From positions 37,799 through 101,798 of the forward strand of contig JAUCBJ010006239.1 of NCBI GenBank assembly GCA_032718475.1: a DNA stretch of 64,000 bases. Direction: 5' to 3'. Below, piece after piece: positions 25,801-37,184 of the stretch. The DNA comes from Nemertoderma westbladi. Taxonomy: Eukaryota; Animalia; Xenacoelomorpha. The position numbers and the translations under genes are program-made. Numbering within the stretch: position 1 is the first letter of the stretch; each line of letters begins with the position of its first letter. The notes under the pieces were generated by a model. That model was not told the origin of the DNA. It saw nothing but the letters and a program-made list of their open reading frames with translations, and made no database searches.

Positions 25801-27548
25801 AAAATTAATGCGTTTACAATTGCTATACTCAATATATTTATAATCGGCATGATTTTTAAACTATAAGAGTTTAAGAGCCGGGAATTGCCAAATTGTGGCT
25901 ACGTAGGCCAGATTTGACCACAAAATTGACCAGGTTCGTGCAACTCTTGAAAATTTTGGAATGTGTCAATTTTGTTCTACTATCATGTTCTATAAATGAC
26001 CAAAGTTAAAAAAAATATAATTCCTAGGAAGTTGTTTTATTTGTGATAAATATGTAATTTTATGGTGAAAATTGGTTAATTTCGTTAAAAATCAGTGAAA
26101 ATTTGACGGTTTGGAGTAAAATTGGGTGGGTTGGGCCAACTCATATAAATTGTTGCCAGTGTTATTTTTCTTATCCTAAAACGTTCTTTAATTGAGCACA
26201 GTTTTAGAAAATATAATTCCTAGGAAGTTCTTAAACTAAAGCTCAGACTTTCAAAAAGACGGTCATTTAACGGACTTTTTTTATTTGTCTGTCATACCTA
26301 CACACAACGTTGAAATCGAAAATGGCATGCATATTCGGATTCAGCACACCAAAATGTACCTATATAGTATATTTTGAGGTAATCTGAGGCTAAAATAAAA
26401 AAAAATGAAAAAATGAAAAAAAATTTCGCCAAAATTTGCCAAACTTCCAAAAATACTTAACTTGCTCAGATTTTCATGAAATTTGGTACGGATGTGCCCA
26501 AAGCAATTCTAAGAAACTAATTTGAAGGATTTACGGAAAAATGCAATTTAAGCCGATATATCGCATTTTGAGTGCCTAATTTTAGGCTAAATTTCAAGAA
26601 AATACAGATTTCCTAAGTTTGGCCCTTATTTACTACAAGAAGCAAAGACTTTTTGTATTAACATTAAATGGATAAAATGTAGAGCTATCTTATCCATCTG
26701 TGATGTTAAAGTTTCAGAAAAATATAAGCAGACAATTCGGAGAAAACCACTTTCTACCAAAACCTATTTTGTCAACTTCCAAAATTACCATTTTTCGGCC
26801 CCAATTTCCGGCCCTTAATATTCAGGCAACGCACAATATCAATAACAGTAATGGAACTCCCATCTTCCCTCTATATAACGCAAGTGGAACGGTTTCGTTC
26901 TAATTAAAAGATACAGAGTTATAACGATTTAAAAATTGTCAAAAATATCCAAATTTGGCCCAAAATTGGCCAAAAGTTAAATTATTGGCATACTGTTAAA
27001 TATTTTTGGCCAATATTTTGACCCGATGAACAACTGTATTGGATATGTATTCGGTATGAGTTTCAATCGAAATGGCCAAGCTGCTTTGGTGATAGCGAGA
27101 AAACAATGTAAAAATGTACCATTTTGATAATTTTTGGGTAAAATTAAAATGTGGCCAAAATGGCCAAATTTGGCTAAACGAAATTTTTTAATGAAACTTG
27201 CAAATTTATCCGCGCACAAAGTCTCGGGAGAACATTTGAAGATTTCAGTCGCCTTCACTCCGAATTTAATCATTTAGTGCTAGAAGTTTCCAAATTGGGG
27301 CAAAAATCCACATTTGGTGGCCAATTTGGAAATGTTGGGAAACTAAATTGAAAAAACAAAACCGTACAAAATTCTTAGAATAACAAAAACTACAAACGTG
27401 GCAAATTTCAGAGAATATAATTCCTAGGAAGTTGTAAAACGCCCCGAGTAAGCTCCACTTTCTATATACTAATGTTGGAACGCCTACGCCCGGTGTGGGA
27501 GAATCCTCACGAAGGATCCTCCCACGTTGTGTTGTTTTTAGGTTTACA
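22800..27548. mobile_element. ~4.7-kb composite insertion in gag, made of non-autonomous DNA/Helentron-like pieces plus a decayed GC-richer segment
   Basis: AT-rich and non-coding. Hairpins CCCCAATGTCCC..GGGACATTGGGG (~23689-23735) and GTGGGAGAATCCT/AGGATCCTCCCAC (~27495-27525). AATATAATTCCTAGGAAGTT occurs three times. Exact ends not resolved. Confidence 0.6.
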
Positions 27549-27551
27549 TAA

Positions 27552-30500
27552 GAACCGCATATCCGACGAGGTAATTATCGGGTTCAGGAACCTAACCCTA
27601 ATCCAACACGGCGATTATATACTTCAGCACCAGATGATCACCATATCTCCGGTGTTAACCCACAGGGGAGGATTCCTCCTGCCAGTGGTCTGGTCAAACC
27701 TCCATATAATGTTCCTACGAAGTCAAATATTATTCAAAATCAGCGAACTAGGCCTCGGATGCCTTCCCAGGATGTACGATTATCCCCATCACAAAAAGGT
27801 GAAGTTTATCCACGGAAAGAGTTCTTTAATTCGAATTTGCATCATCACCCACCTCGTAGTTCTCCTCCACGGCATCCACCATTTCAGTCAGCACCTGTTT
27901 CTTTATCTAGAGGTTCATTTGACTCCCAACCCCACCAATCAAGACATTTTACACACCCAGAGGAATCTGTGCACCAGTATGACAGATCAGAACGTGATTA
28001 CGGACATTCCTATCCATCCTATCATATAACTGAATCTTCACAGCCGGTACAATTTGCACCCCCTGCACATTCCTCCTATCCTGGCCAAGAACTATGGACG
28101 ACTCGGCCATCCAGCCTTAATACAACTTTAGAACAAACAAGTATGCGAATCCTTTCACAAGCTGAGATTAGTCGGTTCCTTCCACAACCAAAATTTGTTA
28201 CCTTTAAAGGAGAGCCAGAGAACTGGCCTACCTTTTTTCAATATTTTACTTCAACTGTTCTTAGTCGAGAGTTATCTTCCCTAGAAAATCTTAATTATTT
28301 ATTATCTGCTACATCCGGTCCGCCGCACCTTATGGTAGAGCAGCATATTGGGATTCCAAATGGCTTTGAAGGGGCTTGGGAGAAACTCAAGAAGCGTTAC
28401 GGTAATCCTAGGTGGCTTGCACAAACTCTTTACCGGCAAGCAATCAACTACCCTACCCTTAAAGGTAGCCATGATGTGATTCCCTACTTTGATACATTAG
28501 AAAGGATAGTAACTCAGCTCACTACAATTGGCCAAGTTAATGAGCTCGATAATGCTGCTGTCTTATCTATTTTAGTTCAGAAGTTGCATGGACCTAGTGA
28601 AGGACGTTGGTACAAGGTAGTCAAAAGGCTGGTCTACCCTGATTCCTGTCGAGTTAGCCCTCGTTCTGAGAAACTTGCAGATTTCATGAAATTCCTAGAA
28701 TCTGAAGTGGATTTGGCTGAGTGTAGTGGTGCACCATCTACTTCTTATTGGACAACAAAGAATGTACACTGTCAACAGCCTAGAATCGAGTCACGGCCTT
28801 CTTTCCGTTGGAAACCAAAACCTGCAGTTGAGGCAGCGCTACCTGCTTCTACAATTATTGTATCTGATGAATCTGCAGATTGTAATGCAGAGGAGAGTGC
28901 ATGTGCTGTTTTTGATCATAAACAACAGATGCCTTCTAAACTGGGTTCCTCTGTCCCAAAATTAAAATCATCGACCTTCAAAGATTATTCTGGTCTTTCC
29001 AAGTGTCCACGGTGTAAGACTGGATCACACTATTTAGCTCGATGTGAACCCTTCCTCAAAGATGATATAACCCAACGACGTGAATTCGTTTTGAAACAAA
29101 GTTTGTGTTTTAATTGTCTTCGCTCTGGACATACAGTAGGTGACTGTACCTCTCCTGTTAGTTGCAAAGTTTGTAAGCACCACCATCATACTTCATTATG
29201 CCGAGACCCAAGTTCATCTACTGCTGTAGCAGTTCTTCTTGCAGAACTCGTTGATGAGTCAGCTTCATATTCACCCAAGGATATGTATGAAAAGGACACT
29301 GAAGCTGATGTATATGTAGCTGGGGAGGTTGATTCGTCTCTTGCCAAATCTTTTCTGAAGAAACAGCGAAGTATTCGTGAATATCCAATCCTACCAGTTA
29401 AAGTTGTCGGAAATGGTGTTGAGCATAAATGTTATGCTCTTCTTGATACTGGGAGCACTGCCACCTTTGTGGATGAATCTATCTTTGATCGTATATTCCC
29501 TGAATCTGATGCTTTACAGCTAACCTTGAAGGGTATTTCTGGAGAATCATTTGTTGGGACTCGTAAGGCCTTTGGAACAATTTGTTCGGCTGATGACTCC
29601 TGTTCTGCCTCTCTGAATCAGGTACGAATGGTTCGTCTTAAGTTTGGCCAGACTTGCGGAAGAGTTTATGATTGGTCTATAGATCCATTTCCTGCCAAAG
29701 TTGGTATACCTGTAGTCTCTCTTCCTGATCCCTCTGTAGTAATGATTATCGGGGGTAACTGCCCAGAGTTACGGATAGTGCTTGAGCAGCGGCCATCAAA
29801 TCCTCAAGTGTATGATTCCCTAGCTACAAAATGTCTTCTTGGATGGTACTTTACAGGACCATCCAAAAGGACTTGTTTAGAGCGTCAATGGCCATCCTTA
29901 CCTTCAGAATCATACGTTTTATCAGATAATACAGAATCTTCAGCCAATCTTTGGGATGAGGAAATATTACCAGAAGATACTTCTGAGATGTTGCTCCATT
30001 TAGAGGATTATAGTCAGGAAGATGATTCTTTGGAAGCATTTCCAGATACTTGTTTCCACACTTTGATGGAAGAAACCCTACAACTTGTCAATACTGGGCT
30101 AGACCTGCAGCATGATGATGATAAATTTATCTTACAGGCATTGGACTACTGTGTCACCTGCTGGCTTGATAGCCAGAAACTTCAGCCACGAGACCTAGAG
30201 AAGAGTAGCTCTGTGGAGGAGCGACGAGCTGCCGACATTCAGCGAACTACCCGTCGACTTTTGCCTGATGGGCATTATGAGATTGGTCTTCTATGGAGAA
30301 AACCTGAACCTCATCTTATCAATAATAAACCATTGGCCCTACGTAGGCTCAATTCTTTGAGATCACGTCTTCTTGCGCGTCCTGAGGTCAATAAGATGTA
30401 TCACATTGAAATGGATAAACTAATAGATAATGGGTGGGCTGTGCGTATCCCAGATTCTTTACTTGAACCTACTCCGCGGACCTACTACCTCCCTCATCAT

Positions 30501-33500
30501 TTTGTGGTCAATCCAGAAAAACCTGGGAAAGTACGTGTTGTTAATGATTGCGCTGCTGTCTTTCGTGGTATGTCACTTAATAGTGAGCTCATGACTGGAC
30601 CAAATTATCTTCGCAACATCATAGGTATTCTTCTCCGTTTTCGCATTTCAGCCATTGCATATATCGCCGACATAGAGGCAATGTTTATGCAAGTACGAGT
30701 TAAGCCAATGGATAGAGATTCACTCCGATATTTGTGGTGGGAGAATAATGATATGTCTAGAGAACCAGTGGAATTTCAGATGTGTTCTCAAGCCTTTGGC
30801 ATTACATATTCACCTTCAAATGCAGGTTGTGCAGTAGTTGGTACTGTTGAGGACAATCAAGACCGCAAGGATGAGTTTGGAAGACCATTCTACTCTCCAG
30901 AAGCTGCTAGCGTCTTGCTTCATGACATATATATGGATGACGTGATGAATTCCCAACCAACCATTGAACAAGCCATTACTGTGGCCCATGAAGTTCGTCA
31001 AACACTCGCCTTGGGAGGTTTTAATTTGATCAAGTTTGCGAGTAACAGTGAACATTTCTTGCGATCCTTTGATCATAAACTGCGAAAGGATGCATCTATT
31101 GAACTTGGTGTAGATCCATTACCTACTACAAAGGCCCTCGGAATTCGATGGGATCCTGCAGAGGATATTCTTTTCTTCAAGGTTAAATCATTTGAAGGCT
31201 CGGAAAGGACCAAGCGACTCTGCCTGTCGATCTTAGCCACCACCTTTGATCCTCTTGGATTGGTTGCTCCAGTCATCATGTCTGGTAAAATCCTTCTTAA
31301 GGATATTTGGACCCATGGATTAGATTGGGATGACAAACTCCCATTTGACTTACTAACACGTTGGAATAAGTGGGAAGGATCTCTTCAACAGTTGAATACC
31401 CTGCGATTACCACGACATTATCTTCCAAATTTACAGTCTTCTTCTTCAATTGAACTTCATGTCTTTAGTGATGCCAGTTCCGAGGGCATGGGAGCAGTTT
31501 CCTACCTTCGTTGGGAAGCAAATGATGAACCGGAAATCCGTACTGCATTACTCGGATGCAAGACACATATCATGCCATCCAAAAGGTTGACCATTCCTCG
31601 TGCAGAACTGCAAGCAGCCGTATATGGCATTGAGCTCGCAAAAACATTACACCAGGAACTCCCATGGCCAGAGGCCAAGGTTACCTTTTGGACTGATGCC
31701 TCACTTGTTCTTCAGTATTTGAATAATGAGACTGTGGAGTTTGTAATATTTGTTACAAATCGTGTACAGACAATCCTTTCATTCTCTTCTGTCAACCAGT
31801 GGAGACACGTACCAGGGGAAATAAATCCTGCTGATTCTGCATCTCGTGGACTATATGGTGATAAACTCCTATCCAGTAATCTTTGGTTTCAAGGTCCAGA
31901 ATTTCTTCGACAGTCTTCTAATTGTTGGCCCGCTGCACTTTCAGATGTCACTCTTGGCAAGGGAGCGGAATTGAAGGAGAAGTTGCCAAAGTTGAGTCGA
32001 GCTGGTAATGACAATATTTTGCAGGTCAAGATATCCAGTCTGGATAATTTACTTCAGATAGTTTTCCCCTCATCCACTAATGAGGCTTTTCCAGATATCT
32101 CTAATGGAGTTTCATCAGTTCTCTCTCGTTTCATCGACCATTATAGATCATTTGGTAAATTAGTTCGTGCTATCACCTGGCTGAAGCGTCTAGCTCAGTG
32201 GCACTTTAGTAGAAACCCTCGTAAGATTACTGAGCAGAATAAGAAGGTTGTCATGTTACCTGAGGAAAATATTACAAATGTCACAACCATAAGACCCAAC
32301 CTCAAGAAAAGGGTTTCATTTAAGGGAATACCTCACCCTGAACCTCTTGCTTTAGCCAGCACAAGACGTCAGCTATTGCGTTTCATCCAACTCCGCTCTG
32401 TTCCGGAGAAATATCATAAGTTACAGACTTTACAGCAGACATTTATCCCTGACAAGTTCCATGCTGTGATACATAATGGTCTCATGCGAGTTGGGAGCCG
32501 GACTTCTGGTATCTATTCCACCTATGACCAACAGTTTCCCATTATCCTTTCTGATCCTGATATTATGCGTGGTCTTATTTATGACTCTCACCAACTCAAT
32601 CATCATGCTGGACAAGACTTTATTTTGACTGATTTGCGGAAACACTATTATCTGGTGCGGCCCTGGAGATCTTTGCGGTCAATTCTCGACCATTGCTTAT
32701 CATGTAAAAAGTTATTTGCTCGCCCTTGCAGCCAACTTGAGGCTAACTTACCCCCAGAGCGTCTCCAAGTGGGTAAACATGCCTTCTCTTCAACTGGTGT
32801 AGACATGTTTGGTCCATTCCATGTCCGCAGGGGATATCGAACCTATAAACGGTGGGCTATTATCTTTACATGCTTTACCATCCGTGCTGTCTATCTCGAT
32901 GTTGTTGATCGCCCCGACATGGAGAGTTTCATGTTATGCCTTAGACGTTTTGTTGCCTCCACAGGTGGTGCAATACAATACCGATCTGATTGTGGTAGTA
33001 ATTTCATTGCTGCAGCCCAAGAACTTCGTAACCTCATTGAGGACTGGAATGAGTCTACCTTCCATCAGGTGCTAGCTGGGTTCCAGATATCCTCTCAACC
33101 ATGGAAATTCAACCCACCTCATGCGCCCTGGTATGGTGGAGCATACGAAAGACTCATCCACTCAATTAAAGCAGCTCTGATGACAATCCTACCTTCTCCG
33201 CGAGACTTTTCTGATGAAATGTTCAGAACACTACTAATGGAGATTGCGGACTCCATAAACCATCGACCATTGGTTCGTATTTCCAATGATCCAGATGCTG
33301 GGGAAGCTCTTACCCCAGCCCACTTCCTTAATCCCCGTCCTTCATCTCTTCAAGTTTATGAGCATCATGATGATAGTGATCATTCTGCTTGCTATTTGAA
33401 ATCCTATTACAAGGCAGTTGCCTTACATGTTGATACTTTCTGGGGAGTTTGGAAGACTCACTACCTTCCAACTCTTCAAATGCGAAACAAGTGGTTTGCC

Positions 33501-33785
33501 CAAGCTACTAATATTTCCATTGATGACCTCGTTATCGTTGATGAACCAAATGTCCCACGCCACAAGTGGCTTCTGGCCCGTGTGCTTGAAGTCCACCCTA
33601 GTGAAGATGGACTTGTCCGTTCTGTTACCCTTAAACTTTCGAATGGCTCGATATTGAAGCGCCCTATCCGACGCTTAGTATTACTTGAGTTGGCCAGAGG
33701 CCACCATGGTAATTATGGGGAATTCCCCAAAAGTACTGAAACAGAAGGCTTAGGTCATCCTTCTAACTCAGCCCTTCATTCGTAA
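27552..33785 (+). CDS. BEL/Pao Gag-Pol polyprotein (Gag, 3 Zn knuckles, protease, RT, RNase H, integrase); frame open from 27552, first ATG at 27759
   Basis: FKGEPENWPTF; CPRC..H..C / CFNCLRSGHTVGDC / CKVCKHHHHTSLC; LLDTGSTATF; YYLPHH, DIEAMFMQV, YMDD; LHVFSDAS, IPRAELQAA, NPADSASRG; HHCC and GVDMFGP / SDCGSNF / GGAYERL. Confidence 0.98.
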   Translation, partial: EPHIRRGNYRVQEPNPNPTRRLYTSAPDDHHISGVNPQGRIPPASGLVKPPYNVPTKSNIIQNQRTRPRMPSQDVRLSPSQKGEVYPRKEFFNSNLHHHPPRSSPPRHPPFQSAPVSLSRGSFDSQPHQSRHFTHPEESVHQYDRSERDYGHSYPSYHITESSQPVQFAPPAHSSYPGQELWTTRPSSLNTTLEQTSMRILSQAEISRFLPQPKFVTFKGEPENWPTFFQYFTSTVLSRELSSLENLNYLLSATSGPPHLMVEQHIGIPNGFEGAWEKLKKRYGNPRWLAQTLYRQAINYPTLKGSHDVIPYFDTLERIVTQLTTIGQVNELDNAAVLSILVQKLHGPSEGRWYKVVKRLVYPDSCRVSPRSEKLADFMKFLESEVDLAECSGAPSTSYWTTKNVHCQQPRIESRPSFRWKPKPAVEAALPASTIIVSDESADCNAEESACAVFDHKQQMPSKLGSSVPKLKSSTFKDYSGLSKCPRCKTGSHYLARCEPFLKDDITQRREFVLKQSLCFNCLRSGHTVGDCTSPVSCKVCKHHHHTSLCRDPSSSTAVAVLLAELVDESASYSPKDMYEKDTEADVYVAGEVDSSLAKSFLKKQRSIREYPILPVKVVGNGVEHKCYALLDTGSTATFVDESIFDRIFPESDALQLTLKGISGESFVGTRKAFGTICSADDSCSASLNQVRMVRLKFGQTCGRVYDWSIDPFPAKVGIPVVSLPDPSVVMIIGGNCPELRIVLEQRPSNPQVYDSLATKCLLGWYFTGPSKRTCLERQWPSLPSESYVLSDNTESSANLWDEEILPEDTSEMLLHLEDYSQEDDSLEAFPDTCFHTLMEETLQLVNTGLDLQHDDDKFILQALDYCVTCWLDSQKLQPRDLEKSSSVEERRAADIQRTTRRLLPDGHYEIGLLWRKPEPHLINNKPLALRRLNSLRSRLLARPEVNKMYHIEMDKLIDNGWAVRIPDSLLEPTPRTYYLPHHFVVNPEKPGKVRVVNDCAAVFRGMSLNSELMTGPNYLRNIIGILLRFRISAIAYIADIEAMFMQVRVKPMDRDSLRYLWWENNDMSREPVEFQMCSQAFGITYSPSNAGCAVVGTVEDNQDRKDEFGRPFYSPEAASVLLHDIYMDDVMNSQPTIEQAITVAHEVRQTLALGGFNLIKFASNSEHFLRSFDHKLRKDASIELGVDPLPTTKALGIRWDPAEDILFFKVKSFEGSERTKRLCLSILATTFDPLGLVAPVIMSGKILLKDIWTHGLDWDDKLPFDLLTRWNKWEGSLQQLNTLRLPRHYLPNLQSSSSIELHVFSDASSEGMGAVSYLRWEANDEPEIRTALLGCKTHIMPSKRLTIPRAELQAAVYGIELAKTLHQELPWPEAKVTFWTDASLVLQYLNNETVEFVIFVTNRVQTILSFSSVNQWRHVPGEINPADSASRGLYGDKLLSSNLWFQGPEFLRQSSNCWPAALSDVTLGKGAELKEKLPKLSRAGNDNILQVKISSLDNLLQIVFPSSTNEAFPDISNGVSSVLSRFIDHYRSFGKLVRAITWLKRLAQWHFSRNPRKITEQNKKVVMLPEENITNVTTIRPNLKKRVSFKGIPHPEPLALASTRRQLLRFIQLRSVPEKYHKLQTLQQTFIPDKFHAVIHNGLMRVGSRTSGIYSTYDQQFPIILSDPDIMRGLIYDSHQLNHHAGQDFILTDLRKHYYLVRPWRSLRSILDHCLSCKKLFARPCSQLEANLPPERLQVGKHAFSSTGVDMFGPFHVRRGYRTYKRWAIIFTCFTIRAVYLDVVDRPDMESFMLCLRRFVASTGGAIQYRSDCGSNFIAAAQELRNLIEDWNESTFHQVLAGFQISSQPWKFNPPHAPWYGGAYERLIHSIKAALMTILPSPRDFSDEMFRTLLMEIADSINHRPLVRISNDPDAGEALTPAHFLNPRPSSLQVYEHHDDSDHSACYLKSYYKAVALHVDTFWGVWKTHYLPTLQMRNKWFAQATNISIDDLVIVDEPNVPRHKWLLARVLEVHPSEDGLVRSVTLKLSNGSILKRPIRRLVLLELARGHHGNYGEFPKSTETEGLGHPSNSALHS

Positions 33786-35268
33786 ATGTACATATAAATT
33801 ACTTAGGCCCTATTAAGTAGTTGGTTAAGTAATATGTGTAGGTACTATTTCTATTGTCTGTATTGTAGCTACTGTAATATCACTAAAATAGAAAATAGAG
33901 AAAATTTTACTCAATGAAAATTTTGGGAGCGGGAATACTACCCAAGATTACTTTCATGGCTTGCAATTGCATCTTTTTTTTTTTTTTTTATAAATTTCTT
34001 AACCCTAAATTCTTTTTTTTTGGGTCATTATAATTGGAGTTATTGTTCATTAAAAATTTAAATTATAGTTGCATTTGAAAAGATGCTTCTATGATTTAAA
34101 ACTTCCTTAGAGACATTACTTCTGTAACCTTAAGTTACAGATATATTTGCTTAACCTTAAGTTGTGCAAATATTTAAAATTATTAAACGGCTGGACTAGT
34201 CCAGTAACAAGCTTTAGTTAAACAGCTCTTGAGGTTGCTCGCTTAAATCACTGGTGCGATTTAGTTGGCTTTCTTGCCTGGAATGCTCCAGGAACGTTAT
34301 GTGGTTCTACCGGAAGTCGACTCCTCATCCTCCTCGACTTCTTCTGGCTCCTTTAGACTCAACGCGATTTCGGATACGAGACTACCTGCTCTAGGAGCTA
34401 TCCTCTCTCAAGAATCCTACCGTATCTATATTTGGATTTGGATACGCATGTGGATTTCTAAATGCTTATGTCCACCTTGAACCACCGTGTGCGCCAGCCC
34501 AATACACCTTGACTTGAGTCATAGCCATAGTCATCGGGTCGTTTGATCGCTTCCTAAAGTGCTTTATGATGAATGGTCGCGATTTATATACGTTTTCATT
34601 GTTACTTTCACTGTTCGCTTTCAGTGGTGTAAAGAGGATTCATTGGGGGAGTTTGGGCCATTTACCAGATATATTGGCCTATATAATAAACGCGAATAAT
34701 GGAATACGCGATTTTCCAAAAGGTTTATTCTTAAACAGAAGACAAAAGAAATTTCATGTTCGATGTTGGGTCTGGTAATCGTACCATCAGGGTTGCACCA
34801 CTACTACATTTGCCGCACCTTCAGAAACGTGCTATCTTACATTAAATTCACAATATTTGTAATATATCTAATTTATATATATATGCAATCTATGATATGC
34901 AATTATATTCGTGCAATTTAATTATAATACGTAATATAATAGGGTCGGCCAACCTAGTGGTTTTCTCCAAGTCTCCAATTTTTCTATATTTTTTTTATAT
35001 GTGTATATTTGTGCTGTTAATCTGTTCTTTATTGTTATTGACGAAGCCTAAATATTTAGTTTAGTATTATTAGAAAGTATATTAGATGTTTAACATCAGT
35101 AGTATGTTTGATATCACTCATTATCTGGATATATTTTTTTGTTTGTTTGTTTCGTGTTCCCTTTGTTTCGATATTTGATTATTATTTTTGCTGATGATTT
35201 TTTATGTAGCAATTTGCTGTGGTCCATCAATTGTATATAGCCTATCAGTACTAGGCTATAGGGAGCGG

Positions 35269-36243
35269 TGTCAACGGCGGTTTGCCGATGTTGGTCCACA
35301 GGCAAATTGGCGCTGTGTTTTTATTATCATTAATGTAAAAAACCAAGATAATTTGTTTATAGATAGATTGCCCTACCACATGAGATGAAATGTCTACATT
35401 TTATACTGTATTTTCCTCCAGTTATAACTTTGAGTATAGTTATACTGTATATGTATACTTTCTTTATACAGTCTGACCGTGTCAGTCTGCATTCATTAAC
35501 TTTATACATACTTTGTACAGTCTGACCGTGTCAGTCTGCATGCATTAACTTTATACATACTTTGTACAGTCTGACCGTGTCAGTCTGCATTCTTTACTTT
35601 ATACATACTTTGTACAGTCTGACCGTGTCAGTCTGCAGTCATCACTTTCAATTGCCCGTCTGACCGTGTCAGTCAACCTTTACTTGTGATAGCGGTACCG
35701 TGTACCGTGTACAGCTCAAGGATGGATTATTGGGGCATTTGAAATTCTGAAACACAGCGTTTGTAGGGTCCAAACCCCTACAAACTGTTATCTCGCCCTA
35801 CTTTCGGATATATTTCAATTTTCCACAGTTCCAAGATTTCTAATGCTGTAATGTTGACCTACAGTTTGGTTGTTGATGTTGGTGCTTATTGCTATAGACC
35901 TATTGCCGATATTATTGAACCACAATAATTATTACTGGAGACAGCTCCTAGGTTGGGGGCCGATTATTATCAATCCGGTGAGTTTTTGGAGTTATTTATA
36001 AACCTCTTGGGTATAACCTAATTAAAGCTTGATATCATAATAACCTCCCACGTTAGATAGGCCTAGGTAGCAAGTTCATTGACCTCAATTATAGACACCA
36101 TTTATCCGTTTGTGAGCGAGATAGTTTTCTCGAATTCAAGTTACAACGCCCATGACAGCATGACCCCCTTTATTGTGTAATCGCAGCCATGCAAAGTCGT
36201 TCCATCCTTCTGAGAAATCACATTGTTAAAATCGACTTTGACA
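35269..36243 (+). repeat. 3' LTR (975 bp)
   Basis: Copy of 19906-20880, preceded by the PPT and followed by TSD GTATT. Confidence 0.98.
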
Positions 36244-36696
36244 GTATTCTTCACATGGGCAACCATTTCAGGTTTCGTGAGATATAGAACCCCCACTTCA
36301 TTTAACTATGAATTTAACTAGGCCGACAGATATGATATAACGTTCGGTTTGTTTGTTAAGGTTTGGCATGTTTCATCATTAGTTTGAGAACGTTGAGTCG
36401 TTGGTATATTTGTTTGTCAGTTTTTCCGGGAAATAGACGACGGACAGATGCAATTTTGATATTATTTCTCGGAATCCGCTTTCCGTTTATCTCTTCTCTG
36501 AAGGCTTTGCAGAGACGTACAGATGAATTCGGTGACCGAACAGCCCGCTTGGATTTCAGCAGTTGTTTAATCTTCCTCGTATGATTCACATTCCTAAACA
36601 AGAAAGTATGAAATATGTAAGATTACATGAGAATGTATATGAATGAATATAAAAAACATAAAAAAAAACAATACGATGGGATAATAATTAATAAGC

Positions 36697-36802
36697 GGAC
36701 AATTCCGACCCGAACATTTGCGACCCGGAAAATCCAACACCGACAATTGCGGCCCAATTAAGTTTCATGGATATTTTAGTGGGTCGGAATTAGCTGTCCT
36801 TG
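36697..36802. mobile_element. Small MITE, Mutator-like 9-bp TSD
   Basis: Imperfect TIR GGACAATTCCGACCC / GGGTCGGAATTAGCTGTCC, flanked by TTAATAAGC at 36688-36696 and 36803-36811. Confidence 0.55.
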
Positions 36803-37184
36803 TTAATAAGCATTTAGACTTTTTGTAGTAAATCGTTCTTAATTAAAATTTATCGCTATTTTACATTATGTAATATTCGATATACTGTGCTCGTTTATAA
36901 GTTGTTCGCTGCAAGAAGTCAATAAAATCTCAATCTATATTATTATGTGGGTAGGAAATAGGGTTGATTGTCTGGGTCATAATTAATTGACAGTATACCA
37001 TAAACAGAAACACCAACAACAAAATATTATAGTATATAACATATTATAATTTGCATTGTTTGTGTTTTTATGGTGGGTGATATAATAAATATTAATATAT
37101 AAATAATATTGGCCTGAGGTCAAAACAAAACTATAATTATATAAATAAAAAACAAACTTTTCCCTTGAAGGTGAAACGAAACGT

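Larger units (their letters stand above)
19906..36243 (+). mobile_element. Full-length BEL/Pao LTR retrotransposon (16.3 kb including an internal insertion)
   Basis: 975-bp LTRs TGTCA...TGACA at 19906-20880 and 35269-36243 (one substitution seen by eye), 5-bp TSD GTATT, PPT AGGGAGCGG, gag-pol ORF. Confidence 0.98.

Noticed and set aside
22806-27587. Cargo in gag as a spliceable intron
   Set aside because: Only a weak GTGCGG donor with an acceptor lacking a pyrimidine tract restores the frame. The better TTTTTAG acceptor at 27541 does not.
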